DNA of 64,000 bases from Octopus vulgaris (Eukaryota), in assembly GCA_951406725.2 (NCBI GenBank), contig OX597817.1, positions 9,920,001 to 9,984,000 on the forward strand. Direction: 5' to 3'. The position numbers were made by a program, and so were the translations under genes. Numbering within the stretch: the stretch's first letter is position 1; each line of letters opens with the position of its first letter. Positions 1 to 12,424 of the stretch are shown here, in pieces. The notes beneath the pieces are model-generated. The model was not told the DNA's origin. It made no database searches and saw nothing but the letters and a program-made list of their open reading frames with translations.

Positions 1-379
1 ATATATATATAAACATATATACATTGGTACTGTAGACTAAGAAAACGAAAAATTTTGCTGCTCATGATTGGCGTAAACTATATCATCATGATTGGTGTAA
101 AGTAAACTGACTCTATCCAAAACACTTTTGAGATGTAATGTAATGTAATATAATATGATATAATATGATATAATATGATATAATATAATACAATATCTTA
201 TGATATATAACATAATACATCATGATATATTATAATGTATTGAATATCATTATATGTTGTACAAAAAAAGTATGCTGATTCGCGACATACTCTGATTCAT
301 ATTTAGAGCTATTTAGAGCTATTTTCTCTTAGTATCTTATTTCATGATATATCATATCATTTTTATGAAATTTAATGCC

Positions 380-483
380 GTATTATATTATATTATATTA
401 TATTATATTATATTATATTATATTATATTATATTATATTATATCATATCATATCATATTATATTATATCATATTATATTATTA
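380..483. repeat. (TATTA)n pentanucleotide microsatellite
   Basis: Direct tandem TATTA units. Confidence 0.95.
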
Positions 484-1307
484 TAAATATAGTATTATGT
501 CAAGTTTTAAGAAATCAACATATATGCAAAGTTAGGAATGCAGTGATAGAAACACTTGAGCACTGAATTGATCGTCTGTACAAAATTCAGATTTGTTTCG
601 GTTCCATGAAGCCTCTTCAGCCAGGCATATTCTTACATGCTTTTACACTGAGGTATTTGAGGTGAAATCTGGAATCCGAGGGAAAAATTAAAACTGCATC
701 AGCAAGGATTATTCAATACAAATGTTTTTCAAAAAAGCTGATAAATTCAGTACCACGAGGAGAGCAGATATACGTTTCGGATTCTTGTCTTTCATCTGAG
801 AGTGAGGAAGTTATTTGGAAAAGTTTTGTTTGAACATTGGTTGTAGCAGGGAAAAGGCATGAATCGGAAACAACAACACTATTAATTGTATTTTCCACGC
901 GGTCAATCGAAGAGTGCCGGAGTGTTATGTCCTATACTCCTCAGGTCTATTGAAAATATTGAATTCTCATTTAAGCATTTATTTCCCCACTTGTAAATAT
1001 AATCTTAGATTATAGAACTTTTCAGTTTTGGAGAGTCAAGAAAATATTAAACATATCTTAATGTAAATTCAATTGGTTATATAGCTTCTCTGCAAACGTG
1101 TGGCGACATCACGATGTATTAGTAAGAAAGAACTCAATCAATATTATTCACATCTTATTTTTTAACACTTTCAAAATATTATTTGACACATTCTAACTGC
1201 TTCTGCCCTTTATTAAATGACGAAACAAAATCGTTTAAATTAAAATTTAGTTATATTTTACGGTTTTTTCATTGTCGTCTGCACCTTAACGATAATAATG
1301 ATGATGA

Positions 1308-1335
1308 AATTCGTCATCACCATAAAATCATCATC

Positions 1336-1380
<45 letters not shown>

Positions 1381-1747
1381 TTCATCACCATCAAATCATC
1401 ATCACCATCACCATCATCATCATCACCATCACCGTCATTCGAAATGTTAGTAGTAGCAGCAGCATCTACATTAGACTCAACGACAGTGTCAGCAGCAAAT
1501 GTATCAGCTAGCTGAAGAATCTATGGAGACAAGAGGAACAGCTAGAGCAGCAGCAGCAGATGCTGCACCGGTAAGAGCAGCAGCAGCAGCAGCAGATGCT
1601 GCAGCAGATGCTGCAGCAGAAACTGCAACAGCAACAGGAAGTGAAGTAATAAGACCTGTATTGACAGCAGCAACCTTGATAATATGTAACTGCTAGTACT
1701 ATCATTTCAACTTCTTTTCTACTACTACTGCTACTACTACAACGACG

Positions 1748-1810
<63 letters not shown>

Positions 1811-1828
1811 GCTACTACTACAACGACG

Positions 1829-1887
<59 letters not shown>

Positions 1888-1890
1888 AAG
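1308..1890. repeat. Compound trinucleotide low-complexity block: (CAT)n, degenerate (GCA)n, (TAC)n
   Basis: Visible triplet runs. Confidence 0.9.
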
Positions 1891-2328
1891 TAGCAGCAGT
1901 AGTATAGATAAAATGGTAGACCTGTACACTGACTGTTATACTGTATTCCGTTTTCAGTCTCTATGATATAAGGTCAAATCCGGAGACTGTTCTACTCTTC
2001 TTTGCCTTTCCCCCTGGGATTGTTAAAATAAACACTGGATTTACTAGACTGCGCACTTCTCAGAATATATAACCATTGGTATTCTATTTAAATGGTTGTC
2101 ACTTTTTAACCACAAAAGACTTGCTGTATATAGCTATGACATTTAATGATCTGAGCTCAATGTTTGCTCATGTGGATTTGGACTTATTTCCTTCGTGAGA
2201 TTACAAATAATGCATAAATTAAGTACTTCGTTCGATTTAATTGACTTCAACTCTCCCTAAGAATTTCTGAAGTTGTGTTCCCTCAGATAGACTGCGTTTA
2301 TATTGTTACTTATAACAATACTTTATAT

Positions 2329-2472
2329 TGCCGACGACCGCTTTGTTCAAAGTCTCCCTTGACCTCAAGTGGCCTGAACTCTTTACATGAACACCACCCT
2401 GTACTTAACTCCATGTCCCCCTACATGGCCTTGCTATTTGCTTTTGAGCCAAAATTAACTAACTAACTAACT
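2329..2472 (+). mobile_element. 5'-truncated LINE 3' end (CR1-like) with (TAAC)n tail
   Basis: Close reverse-complement copy at 62896-63046; terminal codons PTTA.FKVSLD.KWPELFT* resemble CR1-group ORF2 C-termini; tandem TAAC tail. Confidence 0.7.
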
Positions 2473-2724
2473 TCAGGAAAGATCTATGTTGATCACTATG
2501 AAAGAAAACTATCCGTGTCATATCTTGAAACTCTTTAAATTAAAGATTTTGAGACAGATTCTTCAGACAAGGAGTATTTTCCTGCAACTTCGTTATTCTT
2601 GTTTCTCAACAGCTATTTCAATTCGTTTCAAATGTTCCCATGACAACGGAAATGTTGTTAATCCGTACTTACTAGAGCCTTCTCAATTATGATACCATGT
2701 CGTGATACGTTCAATATTTTCTGT

Positions 2725-3108
2725 GGAGGCGCAATGGCCCAGTGGTTAGGGCAGCGGACTCGCGGTCATAATATCGCGGTTTCGATTGCCAGACCGGGCG
2801 TTGTGAGTGTTTATTGAGCGAAAACACCCAAAAGCTCCACGAGGCTCCGGTAGGGGATGGTGGTGATCCCTGCTGTACTCTTTCACCACAACTTTCTCTC
2901 ACTCTTACTTCCTGTTTCTGTTGTACCTGTATTTCAAGGGGCCGGCCTTGTCACTCTCTGTGTCACGCTGAATATCCCCGAGAACTACGTTAAGGGTACA
3001 CGTGTCTGTGGAGTGCTCAGCCACTTACACGTTAATTTCACGAGCAGGCTGTTCCGTTGATCCGGATCAACCGGAACCCTCATCGTCGTAACCGACGGAG
3101 TGCTAAGG
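2725..3108 (+). mobile_element. tRNA-derived SINE family A (Arg-like head, OR-type), tail type 1
   Basis: Head GGAGGCGCAATGGCCCAGTGG (A box)...GGTTTCGATT (B box); 12-bp TSD AATATTTTCTGT at 2713-2724 and 3109-3120; copies at 12045 and 13176. Confidence 0.92.
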
Positions 3109-3129
3109 AATATTTTCTGTTCTTTTTTG

Positions 3130-3640
3130 TTCGACTCAAATATCGTGAGGCAACAAAATTTATAATCTTTGGGACGTTGTCTTTCCTTTATGACGATATT
3201 TGGTTATAGATAATTTTCTCTTCCCAATTGTCTGTCAAATTTATCTAGTCCTATAATCGTCGAGTGTAGAGTGTAAGTTACCTTGAGTAACTCCGCCCAC
3301 TTTTTCGCCGGCTTATGATCGGTCTACAAAACGGCTTCGTGAATGTGCATCGTTAACAACTTTCTTGTGCACCTATCCATTTCATCCAATACATTTTTCA
3401 TCCACTAAACCGAGGCTGCAGAATATTTCGATATTGGCATTATTCACATGTCCATTTCTTCAATGTCGTTTCTTCCATTTAATTTTGTCTCCAAGATATT
3501 ACTGATTTTCTCCTTGTATTCAGTTTCCAATTTTGTCCCCCATTTCCTCCCGTTCTACAATGTCAAACTGCGACAAAGTCAAATCTTTCTATCTTGTCTC
3601 TGCATTCAGCGATTTTATTGACTTGTTAACTGGAAGAATA
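3130..3640 (-). mobile_element. Degenerate R4/Dong-type non-LTR retrotransposon fragment (post-RT thumb region)
   Basis: Minus-strand translation ILETKLNGRN..KYSAASV*W..LDEMDRCTRKLLTMH matches the R4/Dong thumb pattern; contains stops. Confidence 0.7.
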
Positions 3641-3800
3641 ATTCCCTCAGATTTAATTCGCTCTCTCTCAACCTCTTCTCTCCACCTCTCTCCCTCCGTC
3701 ACTCTTTCTCCCTTTCTTTCTCTTTCCCTCTCTCTGTCTCTCTCACACACACTCAAATATGACAGACTTTTATACCACAGTGAATCTCAATATGTTTTTA

Positions 3801-4175
3801 TTCTTTTACTTGTTTCAGTCATCTGACTGCGGCCATTAAAGGGTTTTATTCGAAAAATTGACCCCAGGATATATTCTTTGTAAGCTTAGTACTTATTCTG
3901 ACGGTCTCTTATGCCGAACTGCAAAGTTACGGGGACGTAAACACACCAACATCAATTGTCAAACGATGGTGGAGGGAGCAAACGCAGGTACAATGACACA
4001 CAGATATATATATATATACGACGGACTTCTTTCAGTTTCTGTCTAACAAATCCACTCACAAGGTTTTGGTCGGCCCGAGGCTATAGTAGAAGACACGTGC
4101 CCAAAGTACCACTCTGTGGGACTTAACCTGGAACCATATGGTTGGGAAGCAAGCTTCTTACCACACAGCCATGCC
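3801..4175 (-). mobile_element. tRNA-derived SINE family B (GGCGCAGGAGTGGC-type) copy
   Basis: Reverse complement aligns with the copies at 15897 and 19855. Confidence 0.85.
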
Positions 4176-4329
4176 AGAAATTCCAGTATTAAAGAATACT
4201 AAACCTTACTTTTGGAAGTTAGATTATCTACGAATATTACATTATGTTTTTTTCACTCAAGACATTGTCTTGTACACGAACTGGATATATCTATTCTTTT
4301 ATTGCAACAGGTGTTTCGTTAACTCTCCA

Positions 4330-4720
4330 TATCTTCCACTTTTGCTTGTTTTTGTTGTTGAGTCTCATAGATTGTTGGTTTCCCAGGGATTTGGTCAAAG
4401 AATTTGTCACTACCTTCCTTAATCATTCTCAGGGCACTTACAACAGCATTTATGGTTTTGGTTTTTAATTGTCATGTGCTAGATACCCCAATGTCAAGGT
4501 CCTTATATTTTGACATATTTTCAAATTCCTTTTCTGAGAGGTTTCCGTCTGTAGGCAGCCTTACCAATTGACAGACAGGTTTTTTTGTCTTACGTCTTTG
4601 ATAACGATGTCTCATCTGCTATCATTTATTTGCCTGTCTGTAAGTATCCCATAATCCCATACGATGATAACGTGATCTCCCTTAGTAACAGGCTCTGGAT
4701 GGTGTTCATACCAGTTCTTT
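4330..4720 (-). mobile_element. Degenerate R4/Dong-type LINE 3' region (restriction-like endonuclease)
   Basis: IVWDYGILTDRQI...SKYKDLDI...VVSALRMIK...IPG motifs on the minus strand. Confidence 0.7.
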
Positions 4721-4789
4721 TATGGTTATACTGGTTATACAGTTGACCAGGTTATACTGGACAACTGGCTCTGCCGGGGAGTTTTATAC

Positions 4790-5125
4790 CTGCGATTCTA
4801 TTCTCAGTATTCATGACCATTCTGATACATCTATAATACTCTTTCCTGATCTTCTCTTTCATTGATCCGTGTTGAATCCTTTTTCCTTCGTGTATCCCAA
4901 GATACTTATAAAACCCTTTTTGATCTAGGTACTTGACAGATCTATCAGGATCAATTTGTGTCTGTTGGCTGCCAGTTTACCGCGTTTGAACAAAGCTTTT
5001 GTACACTTGTCAAAATCAAATTCCATATTGATGTCATCACTGATTTCTTTGAGATCCTTGTCATCTTTTGCATATAATTTCAGATTATCCATGCAGAGCA
5101 AGTGTGAGGTGATCTTGTTGAACAT
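4790..5125 (-). mobile_element. R4/Dong-type RT fragment
   Basis: SHLLCMDNLKLYAK (YMDDLKL-like catalytic motif), SDDINMEF..DKC, YKYLGI. Confidence 0.8.
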
Positions 5126-5149
5126 TTTGTAACTGTTATTATTATTTGA

Positions 5150-5262
5150 TGAAAACTCTCAGCTTATTTTGCTGGGTATGATGGAAAGTGTCAGCTGTCC
5201 ACAGCCAGCAGACTAAGGTGACATTTGTTTACTGGTCGTACACAAAGAACCCTGCGAAGAAT
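5150..5262 (-). mobile_element. R4/Dong-type 3' terminus/UTR
   Basis: Homologous to 9135-9245; flanked by TTA tracts. Confidence 0.75.
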
Positions 5263-5263
5263 A

Positions 5264-5346
<83 letters not shown>
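5263..5346. repeat. (TTA)n microsatellite
   Basis: Direct. Confidence 0.97.
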
Positions 5347-5347
<1 letters not shown>

Positions 5348-5498
5348 ATCGTCATTTAGTGCAGGTGGAAACAGCACGGGGTTATTTAGTCATCAGTCAT
5401 GTCACAAGGACCTCAGGCAGACATAGTTCCTTAAAAATGAGCGCATTTCCTGGCAAGACTGATTCTTGCATGATACCAATCTTCTCCACCGCTTTAGG
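5347..5498 (-). mobile_element. R4/Dong-type 3' terminus of a different lineage
   Basis: MQESVLPGNALIFKEL resembles the LQKSALLGTAHILRKVL C-terminal motif; embedded between two (TTA)n tracts. Confidence 0.6.
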
Positions 5499-5563
<65 letters not shown>

Positions 5564-5719
5564 TATTATTATCACCATCGTCGTCGTCGTGGTCATCATC
5601 ATCAACATCATCATTACCGTCGTCGTCGTCGTCATCACCATCATCATAATTTCAACGGTTGTCCTTACTACAATCATCTTTTTGTGTTTAAGGTAATATA
5701 ATCTTCCGAAATAATTTCG

Positions 5720-6150
5720 TGGTAGAGTGGGTTTCTAGTTATAAGCTATTCATCTCTTAAAGTGTTTCTGATCATATCTTTCACATAACATGGACACTTT
5801 CTAAGGAGTGCTGCTTCCACTGAACTTTACACATGGAAGGTTTATCTGAAAGTTCTTCGATTCTCATTTGTCTTTTGCTTCACTGATCCCAACGTTTCTA
5901 TAATTATAAGGATATATCTTGAGTATATGTTAGATATCTTCGATGTTTCTATTGCCATGTATTTAGTAATATAATTTTATCGTTCTTTTCAGCGACATTA
6001 TTGTCTGTTTACATCAATATCTGTGTAAGATTAGGATATCTCGTCTTTTTCGATAATACAAGGATGCTCGTCCAGATTTAGCTCTTTGTATTTGCATATC
6101 CTGGATAAAAACCATTTTCTTTCTCTAGAACTATCTCTGCGATAGGAAAA
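5720..6150 (-). mobile_element. Highly degenerate R4/Dong-type 3' fragment
   Basis: Residual DNNVAEK, IIETLGSV and AALLR motifs across frameshifts. Confidence 0.4.
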
Positions 6151-6289
6151 GTAACTAGAATCAAGTAGCTACTGTTAGTCTTTGTTTGAAGATCTGAAGA
6201 ACCTAGAAGCTGACAATTGCTTCAGCTTTTGGGTTTTTCTGGGTTCTTCAGTTCTATATATATCCTTCATTCACGCAACTTAATGATAT

Positions 6290-6363
<74 letters not shown>

Positions 6364-6376
6364 GTATGTATGTATG

Positions 6377-6435
<59 letters not shown>

Positions 6436-6459
6436 ACTATTTATTCACATTTAATACTG

Positions 6460-7330
6460 TGTTAGTCATGTTTGAAAAATGTATGATTATAAAATACGAA
6501 TTTCTGTTGAATATTTTTGCTTTTCTTTCTTTATTGAATGCAATGTTTTGCTTTCGTAATCCTTTCCATCTGCTTATACGAAAAGTGTCTTTTCTGTGAT
6601 CCAGTCAATATTTGGTTAATAGATTGTTTTCTAGCAGTGAAATCAGGTTTGTGAATCTCTTGCAAAGTCCAGTTTATAATATTAAAGTCACATCATTCTT
6701 TAGTTCTTACTTTCCATATGTTTTGAGTTAGGTCCACTCCTCAGGCTCGTATTATACCTTCAAGTCTTTCACTTCAAATTCTTTATCGTTTTTTCATTTG
6801 CATCGATTTCAACATATTTTCACATTTCTAATACTTTTCTTTTTGCATGGAAAATATGCCTATTTTAAGACCGTTTCCTGGTTAATTGATGTTATTTTAC
6901 GATCGATTCGCAGTTACTCTTCTTCATGTACCCCTTATAAATACTGATGAAAGTTCATACATCTCCATCGATTCAACTAAAGGGATACTCAAGTACGTGA
7001 CTCTATTATAAGCGTTATCGTAACTTATTCTGGCTATTATTACTTTTCATATTAGTTTTAATGCTTGATTGGTTGCTGAAAAATCTACTTTTCATGTTAT
7101 ATGATGTCTTGCTGGTTTGTCGTCTGTTTGCAGTTTCTATAAATCTTGTCCATATTTCAGTTTTCTCTGCCGTATTTCTTACGTAACGTCATTTCACCAT
7201 GTTGTTCCATGTTCCTTTATTATTTTCATTTATTACATAAGGTATCCGTTGTCTGTTCATCATTTTCTGTCAATACATATGCATTGTAAGTACAATGTGT
7301 TGCTGCTAGATTATGTTATCATGGTTTGTA
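6460..7330 (-). mobile_element. Possible ancient PLE remnant (linker/GIY-YIG region)
   Basis: Weak residual motifs (SIKTNMK, GRCMN..SV, IWK..DFNIINW) across frameshifts. Confidence 0.3.
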
Positions 7331-8077
7331 TACTCATTCTAAAGTAAATAGATGGATTACAATCTTTTTCATTATATTTAATTTCATATAGATTTTAATA
7401 CACATCTTCAGTTTGATCATGCTGTATATTATTCCCTTGAATTGAATATTTTGTGGGGATGGGGAGGAGGAGGTGAGATTGAGTGAGAGAGTTGATAGGT
7501 TTGCAAATTTATTCCATGATGTTAACCGTGTAAATTAATTTGGTAGCAGAAACAGATCGGTTATGGCTCATTTCAGTGTGACATGTTCATTTGTAGTTAT
7601 CGTCTTTGACTGAGCGGTACACTATGACATTCCTACATTGAGCTTCTATGTTTGATTAAGTCACGTTGCCTCGATGTTTCTGTGTTTGTTGACGATTCCA
7701 AAGATCTAAGTAGAATGATATGTCTAGGTGATATGTATTGATTTCATGTCTAGACCCAGAGAAATTTTCAGAAGTTTCTAATCTCACCAGTCGTTACTTC
7801 TCATAGTTTGAGAAAAGCAGCGTGATAGCAAAGAGTAAAAGTAGTTTAACAAAACGGTAAATAGTAACAAAATTTTGCCTTTGGCTGGTGATATCAATAT
7901 TAATCTCAATACTTCAAAGATTAATTTCTATTAAATAAAATTTTCAAAAAACAGTTTTTCTCTAGTAGCATATGGTTATGATCTAGTGTACATATTTTTT
8001 CTCAAGCTGTCACGTGTTTCTCGTTAATGTATTTCTTTTAGCAGAGAACTTACTCTCCTTTTACTGTTGCCTGTTTA

Positions 8078-8537
8078 AAGGTGGTGATCTGAAAGAATTG
8101 ACACCAACGTCGAACAAAATGATTAGCGTTATTTCGTCTGTGTTCGAATTCCACCGGGGTTGACATTGCCATTCATCCTTTCCGGGTCTATGAAATAAAT
8201 ACTAGTTGAGCACTGAGATCGACATAACCTATTTCTTTATTACCCACAAGGGGCCAAACACAGAGGGGACAAACAAGGACAGACATAGGTATTAAGTCGA
8301 TTACATCGACCCCAGTGCGTAACTGGTACTTAATTTATCGACCCCGAAAGGATGAAAGGCAAAGTCGACCTCGGCGGAATTTGAACTCACAACGTAACGC
8401 AGACGAAATACCGCTAAGCATTTCGCCCGGCGCTCTAACGTGTCTGCCAGCTCGCCGTACTAAGATCGATATAACCGACAAGTTCCTTCTGGCAAAATGT
8501 TAAGTCTCGTGCTTATTGAAGAAAGAAAGGATTATTA
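8078..8537 (+). mobile_element. Old SINE family C copy, split by a younger copy
   Basis: Degenerate head and TTCATCCTTTCCGGGTC core; sequence resumes after 8476. Confidence 0.7.
8230..8458 (-). mobile_element. SINE family C (core resembling the Meta domain), young copy nested in an older one
   Basis: Core GTCGACTTTGCCTTTCATCCTTTCGGGGTCGATAAATTAAGTACCAG; 18-bp TSD ACTGAGATCGACATAACC (8212-8229) / ACTAAGATCGATATAACC (8459-8476). Confidence 0.9.
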
Positions 8538-8939
8538 CAGGATATCTTTCCCCGCGCATACCGTTGGCTGCCAAATATACTCTCCGCTTTTCATTTCTTG
8601 TTGTTTTAAGTATTTATTGATGATTATTCACCGTCAGGGTTTCCTTAACCTAAGTGTTCACGCTTAGCTTCCCATCTTATAGTCCTCCTCTCAGTAGATC
8701 GGCATTAAGAGCAGTGTTTAAGCTGAATCGTTACAGCGTCAGACAGAACATATATTTGTTCCAGCTTTTGAAGTTGTGTGTTCAAATTCCGCCGAGGTTA
8801 ATTTTGAGTTAATTTTGTGAGTCAAAATTTTGCGAGTTAATTTTGACTATATTTTATCTCTCCGGAGTCGATAAAATATAGTCAAATGATAAAGGCCATT
8901 TAACCAACACCTCCGAATTTTTAACTATGTTCTATGTTA

Positions 8940-9130
8940 AAATTTTAGTGAGATTTTTTTTCAGGCCCTTTACATTCTGAGTTCTATTTCCGTCGAGATC
9001 GACATTGCTTCTCATACTTTCGGATCGATAAATTACAGCTGAGCACTTGAATCGATGTAATCGGCTTAACCCCGTTCCCCCTAAATTGGCTTTTGGCTTT
9101 GCATCAAAATTTGGAACCATTATTACCATT
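8940..9130 (-). mobile_element. Degenerate SINE family C
   Basis: Partial core and tail similarity; internal orientation ambiguous. Confidence 0.5.
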
Positions 9131-9134
9131 ATGA

Positions 9135-9895
9135 AAACTTCTCAGCTTATTTTACTAGGTATGATCCAAAATGTCAGCTGTCTACAGTCCGCAGACTAAG
9201 GTGACACTTGTTTATTGGTCATGCCTCAAGAACCCTCCGAAGAATTCTTGCCGTTCCAAGCAATGCTGATTTTTCTAGGAGTTCTTCCTTTACGTTCGCA
9301 CCAATCATTTTCAGCCATGTTGGTAGCTACGTGCTGATATTTTTCGAGCAACTTCTGGAGTATTCGAGCGGTTCCAAGCAATGCTGTTTTCTGCAAGTGC
9401 TACTGACCCTATTTGTTCCACGTACTTCTCGAGATTTTTGCTCACTGTTCCCAGGGCCCCGACAATTATTGGTACTACTGCTACCTTTTTCATCGACCAC
9501 AACTGCTTAACCTCCAAAGCTAACCTGTCATATCTCGCCACTTTTCGTCCTTCCTTATCGCATAACTTGTTAGCTGGACATGCTATATCTATGATCCAGC
9601 ATAGTTTGTTTTCTTTCTCAATTAAGATATGTCCGGCTCCCAATTTTCTATCTCATGGACGCACTGAATCATAAAATCCCATAGGATCTTTGCATTTCTA
9701 TTTTCGACGAAGCCTTCAGGTTTGTGGTCATACCAATTTTTTTGCTCTGTCAAGTCTATACTTGTTACAAAGTGTCCGATAGACAAGCCTGGCTATATTG
9801 TCGTGGCATCTCTTATACTCTCGTGGCATTTCTTATATTTCTTTCTGGGATAATGACGTACATTGTCTGGTAATGCGCCATACGCTTTCACCGTT
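9135..9895 (-). mobile_element. R4/Dong-type LINE 3' portion (CCHC remnant + restriction-like endonuclease), two tandem C-termini
   Basis: KILWDFMIQC...CWIIDIACP...VVPIIVGALG...QKTALLGTARIL, then a second QKSALLGTARILRRVLEA*; frameshifted. Confidence 0.88.
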
Positions 9896-9911
9896 ACTAT
9901 TATCCTTATTT

Positions 9912-10100
9912 AGGGCGGCGATCTGACAGTATTTCGTCTACCGCTCCGTTCTGAGTTCTAATTCCGCCGAGGTTGACTTTGACTTTCATCTTTTCAGGGT
10001 CGATAAATTAAGTACCAGTTGAGTATTTGGGTCGATGTAATCGACTATCCTCTTACCCCAAATTTCAGGCCTTGTGCCTATTATAGGAAGGATTATTATT
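9912..10100 (+). mobile_element. SINE family C with a head deletion, tail ending AGGATTATTA
   Basis: Core and tail match the other copies. Confidence 0.85.
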
Positions 10101-10188
10101 TTTGTTGTTGTTCTTGTTGTTCTTGTTGTTGTTGCTGCTGCTGCTGTTGCTGTTGTTGTTGTTGATGCTGTTACTATTATCCTTATCT

Positions 10189-10410
10189 AACGCGGCGTGC
10201 TGACAGCATCGTTAGCACGCCGGGCGAAGAGCTTAGCAGTATTTCGTCTGCCGTTACGTTCTGAGTTCAAATTTCGCAGAGGTCGACTCTGCCTTTCATC
10301 CTTTCGAAGTTGATAAATTAAGTACTAGTTGAACACTGGGGTCAATATAATCCACTTATTCCCTCTCCAAAATTGCTGCCCTTGTGGCAAAATCTGAAAC
10401 CATTATTATT
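10189..10410 (+). mobile_element. SINE family C, tail ending GAAACCATTATT
   Basis: Head + core. Confidence 0.85.
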
Positions 10411-11053
10411 ATCATCATCATTATCATCATCATCGTCATTGTTGTAATTTTTTGCTGTTTGTTGTTATTGTTAATGAGGAGGCTCGTGATGTTTTTGGTA
10501 TTTTTGTTTTTCATTTCTTATTCCTCCTCCTCCCCTTCGTGCTCCTCTTCTTTCTATTTTACGTGAGCTCCAAACTCTGTATACAAATTAGTGTGATGTA
10601 TCATCTCTAACGAATATTCTGAAACAAGGCATCTGAGTGGACGCCACTTCAAATTAGTTCCATGTCAGTAACAAGATTCTTTCAACTTCCTGAAATACTT
10701 GATGTCGCCATGGAAATGAGTATCTAATTACGACTACTGTTCTCTCCAATTTAAGAAATAACGGAATTCGTTCTTGTTGTCTTTTAATTGTCCTTAATTC
10801 CTTACTTGCTATATTACTTGAATTAGCTTCCACAAAAGATGAGAAAATGAGATTACACTTTATGATGTTGATGAACTGTTGCTGTTTTGTGGTATTTCCT
10901 CTTTGAACTCAAAGACGAATTTCATTCAATCTTTAATACCTTCCATTCTTTCGATGTTCATGATATAAATAAATACCAATGAAATATTGTTATGAGAACC
11001 CAGGCAGCCAACTCACACGGTAAAATCAGCTGAATGATAGATGTGTATATTCA

Positions 11054-11105
<52 letters not shown>

Positions 11106-11107
<2 letters not shown>

Positions 11108-11296
11108 GTGACCTTGTGTGTACCGTTAGGGATTTTTTCCCTCTGTCTTCCCTTCTCTGGATCTTTCCTACTCCTATGTTTCCGACGAAGAGCTCCGCTC
11201 GAAACGTTAAACCCTCCTTCTTCCCTTCTTTCCTGAGCGTCCAATAATACTATGTTTTTTCCACATCCTCGCGTTGTTGTGTTTTATTGTTTGGAT

Positions 11297-11301
<5 letters not shown>
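11106..11301 (+). mobile_element. Short non-coding PLE-terminal-repeat/retrozyme-like unit between (TA)n tracts
   Basis: Contains a minimal hammerhead; both ends abut TA runs; ends TTAACTA. Confidence 0.65.
11178..11212 (+). ncRNA. Minimal type-I hammerhead ribozyme (U4C variant)
   Basis: GTTT-CCGACGA-A-GAGC(TCC)GCTC-GAAA-CG-TT-AAAC: stem I GTTT/AAAC, stem II GAGC/GCTC, palindromic stem III. Confidence 0.7.
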
Positions 11302-11340
<39 letters not shown>

Positions 11341-12044
11341 TGTGTGTGAGTGTGTGTGTATTGATGGTGGACACAACGTTTTGCTCGTGCTCAAAGTGTG
11401 GCATTTAATTCTCAGTTATTCGAGTACACATGCTTACGTATAGATACTGCAGACAGGAACAAATCAATGCTGCACCACTCTAAACATAATGAGCATTCGT
11501 GTCGACAGTTGTCTAGAAGACACGTGATCATTGTACATCAGATAACTTGTACTAGAAGATATATAAAATAATTTTTAACTATTTCGTCGGAAAAAATATT
11601 GTAAATTATTGCAATTATTTCGGGCAAAGAACTAAAAAGAGAATGCCATTTCTAATAGTTTAGTTAGGGCACTATGGTTAGCACCAATCAATCTTCTCAG
11701 GGCCTGTGACTGGTGTAAAGATCGCAGAAAATTTTACCTAGAGCAAATATTTAGTTCGAACGCTTGTAACAACGTGAACTCTGCTAAAAGCACCAAAGGG
11801 ACAGGTGGGGACATTAATTTGTATGAAGGACTAAGTCTACTATTCCAAAACAGAAACATTTTGCACTTAAATCTCATTCAAGATGTTTTGGCTTCAGCAA
11901 AGCTGTATTAATCAAGGTGCAACACAGTGGCATCGAATAGAAAACCCAGGTAGTTGCAGTTGTGAAGTGAACATAATAACTATACAGCCATACGCATCCA
12001 TGATCTAACCAAGTCCAGCAGGAAATGCATATGGCTGATGTAGT

Positions 12045-12424
12045 GGAAGCACTCCGTCAGTTACGACGACGAGGGTTCCGGTTGATCTGATCAACGGAAC
12101 AGCCTGCTCGTGAAATTAACGTGTAAGTGGCTGAGCACTCCACAGACACGTGCACCCTTAACGTAGTTCTCGGGATATTCAGCGTGACACAGAGAGTGAC
12201 AAAGCCGGCCCTTTGAAATACAGGTACAACAGAAACAGGAAGTAAGAGTGAGAGAAAGTTGTGGTGAAAGAGTACAGCAGGGATCACCACCATCCCCTGC
12301 CGGAGCCTCGTGGAACTTTAGGTGTTTTCGCTCAATAAACACTCACAACGCCCGGTCTGGGAATCGAAACCGCGATCCTACGACCGCGAGTCCGCTGCCC
12401 TAACCACTGGACCATTGCGCCTCC
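12045..12424 (-). mobile_element. SINE family A, tail type 1
   Basis: Near-identical reverse complement of 2725-3108. Confidence 0.92.

Noticed and set aside
713-948. Possible terminal coding exon on the minus strand
   Set aside because: The acceptor leads to early stops in all frames; no recognisable product.
2725-2800. tRNA-Arg-like sequences (also 12350, 13470, 46213, 49599)
   Set aside because: SINE heads fused to bodies with TSDs; no proper acceptor stem.
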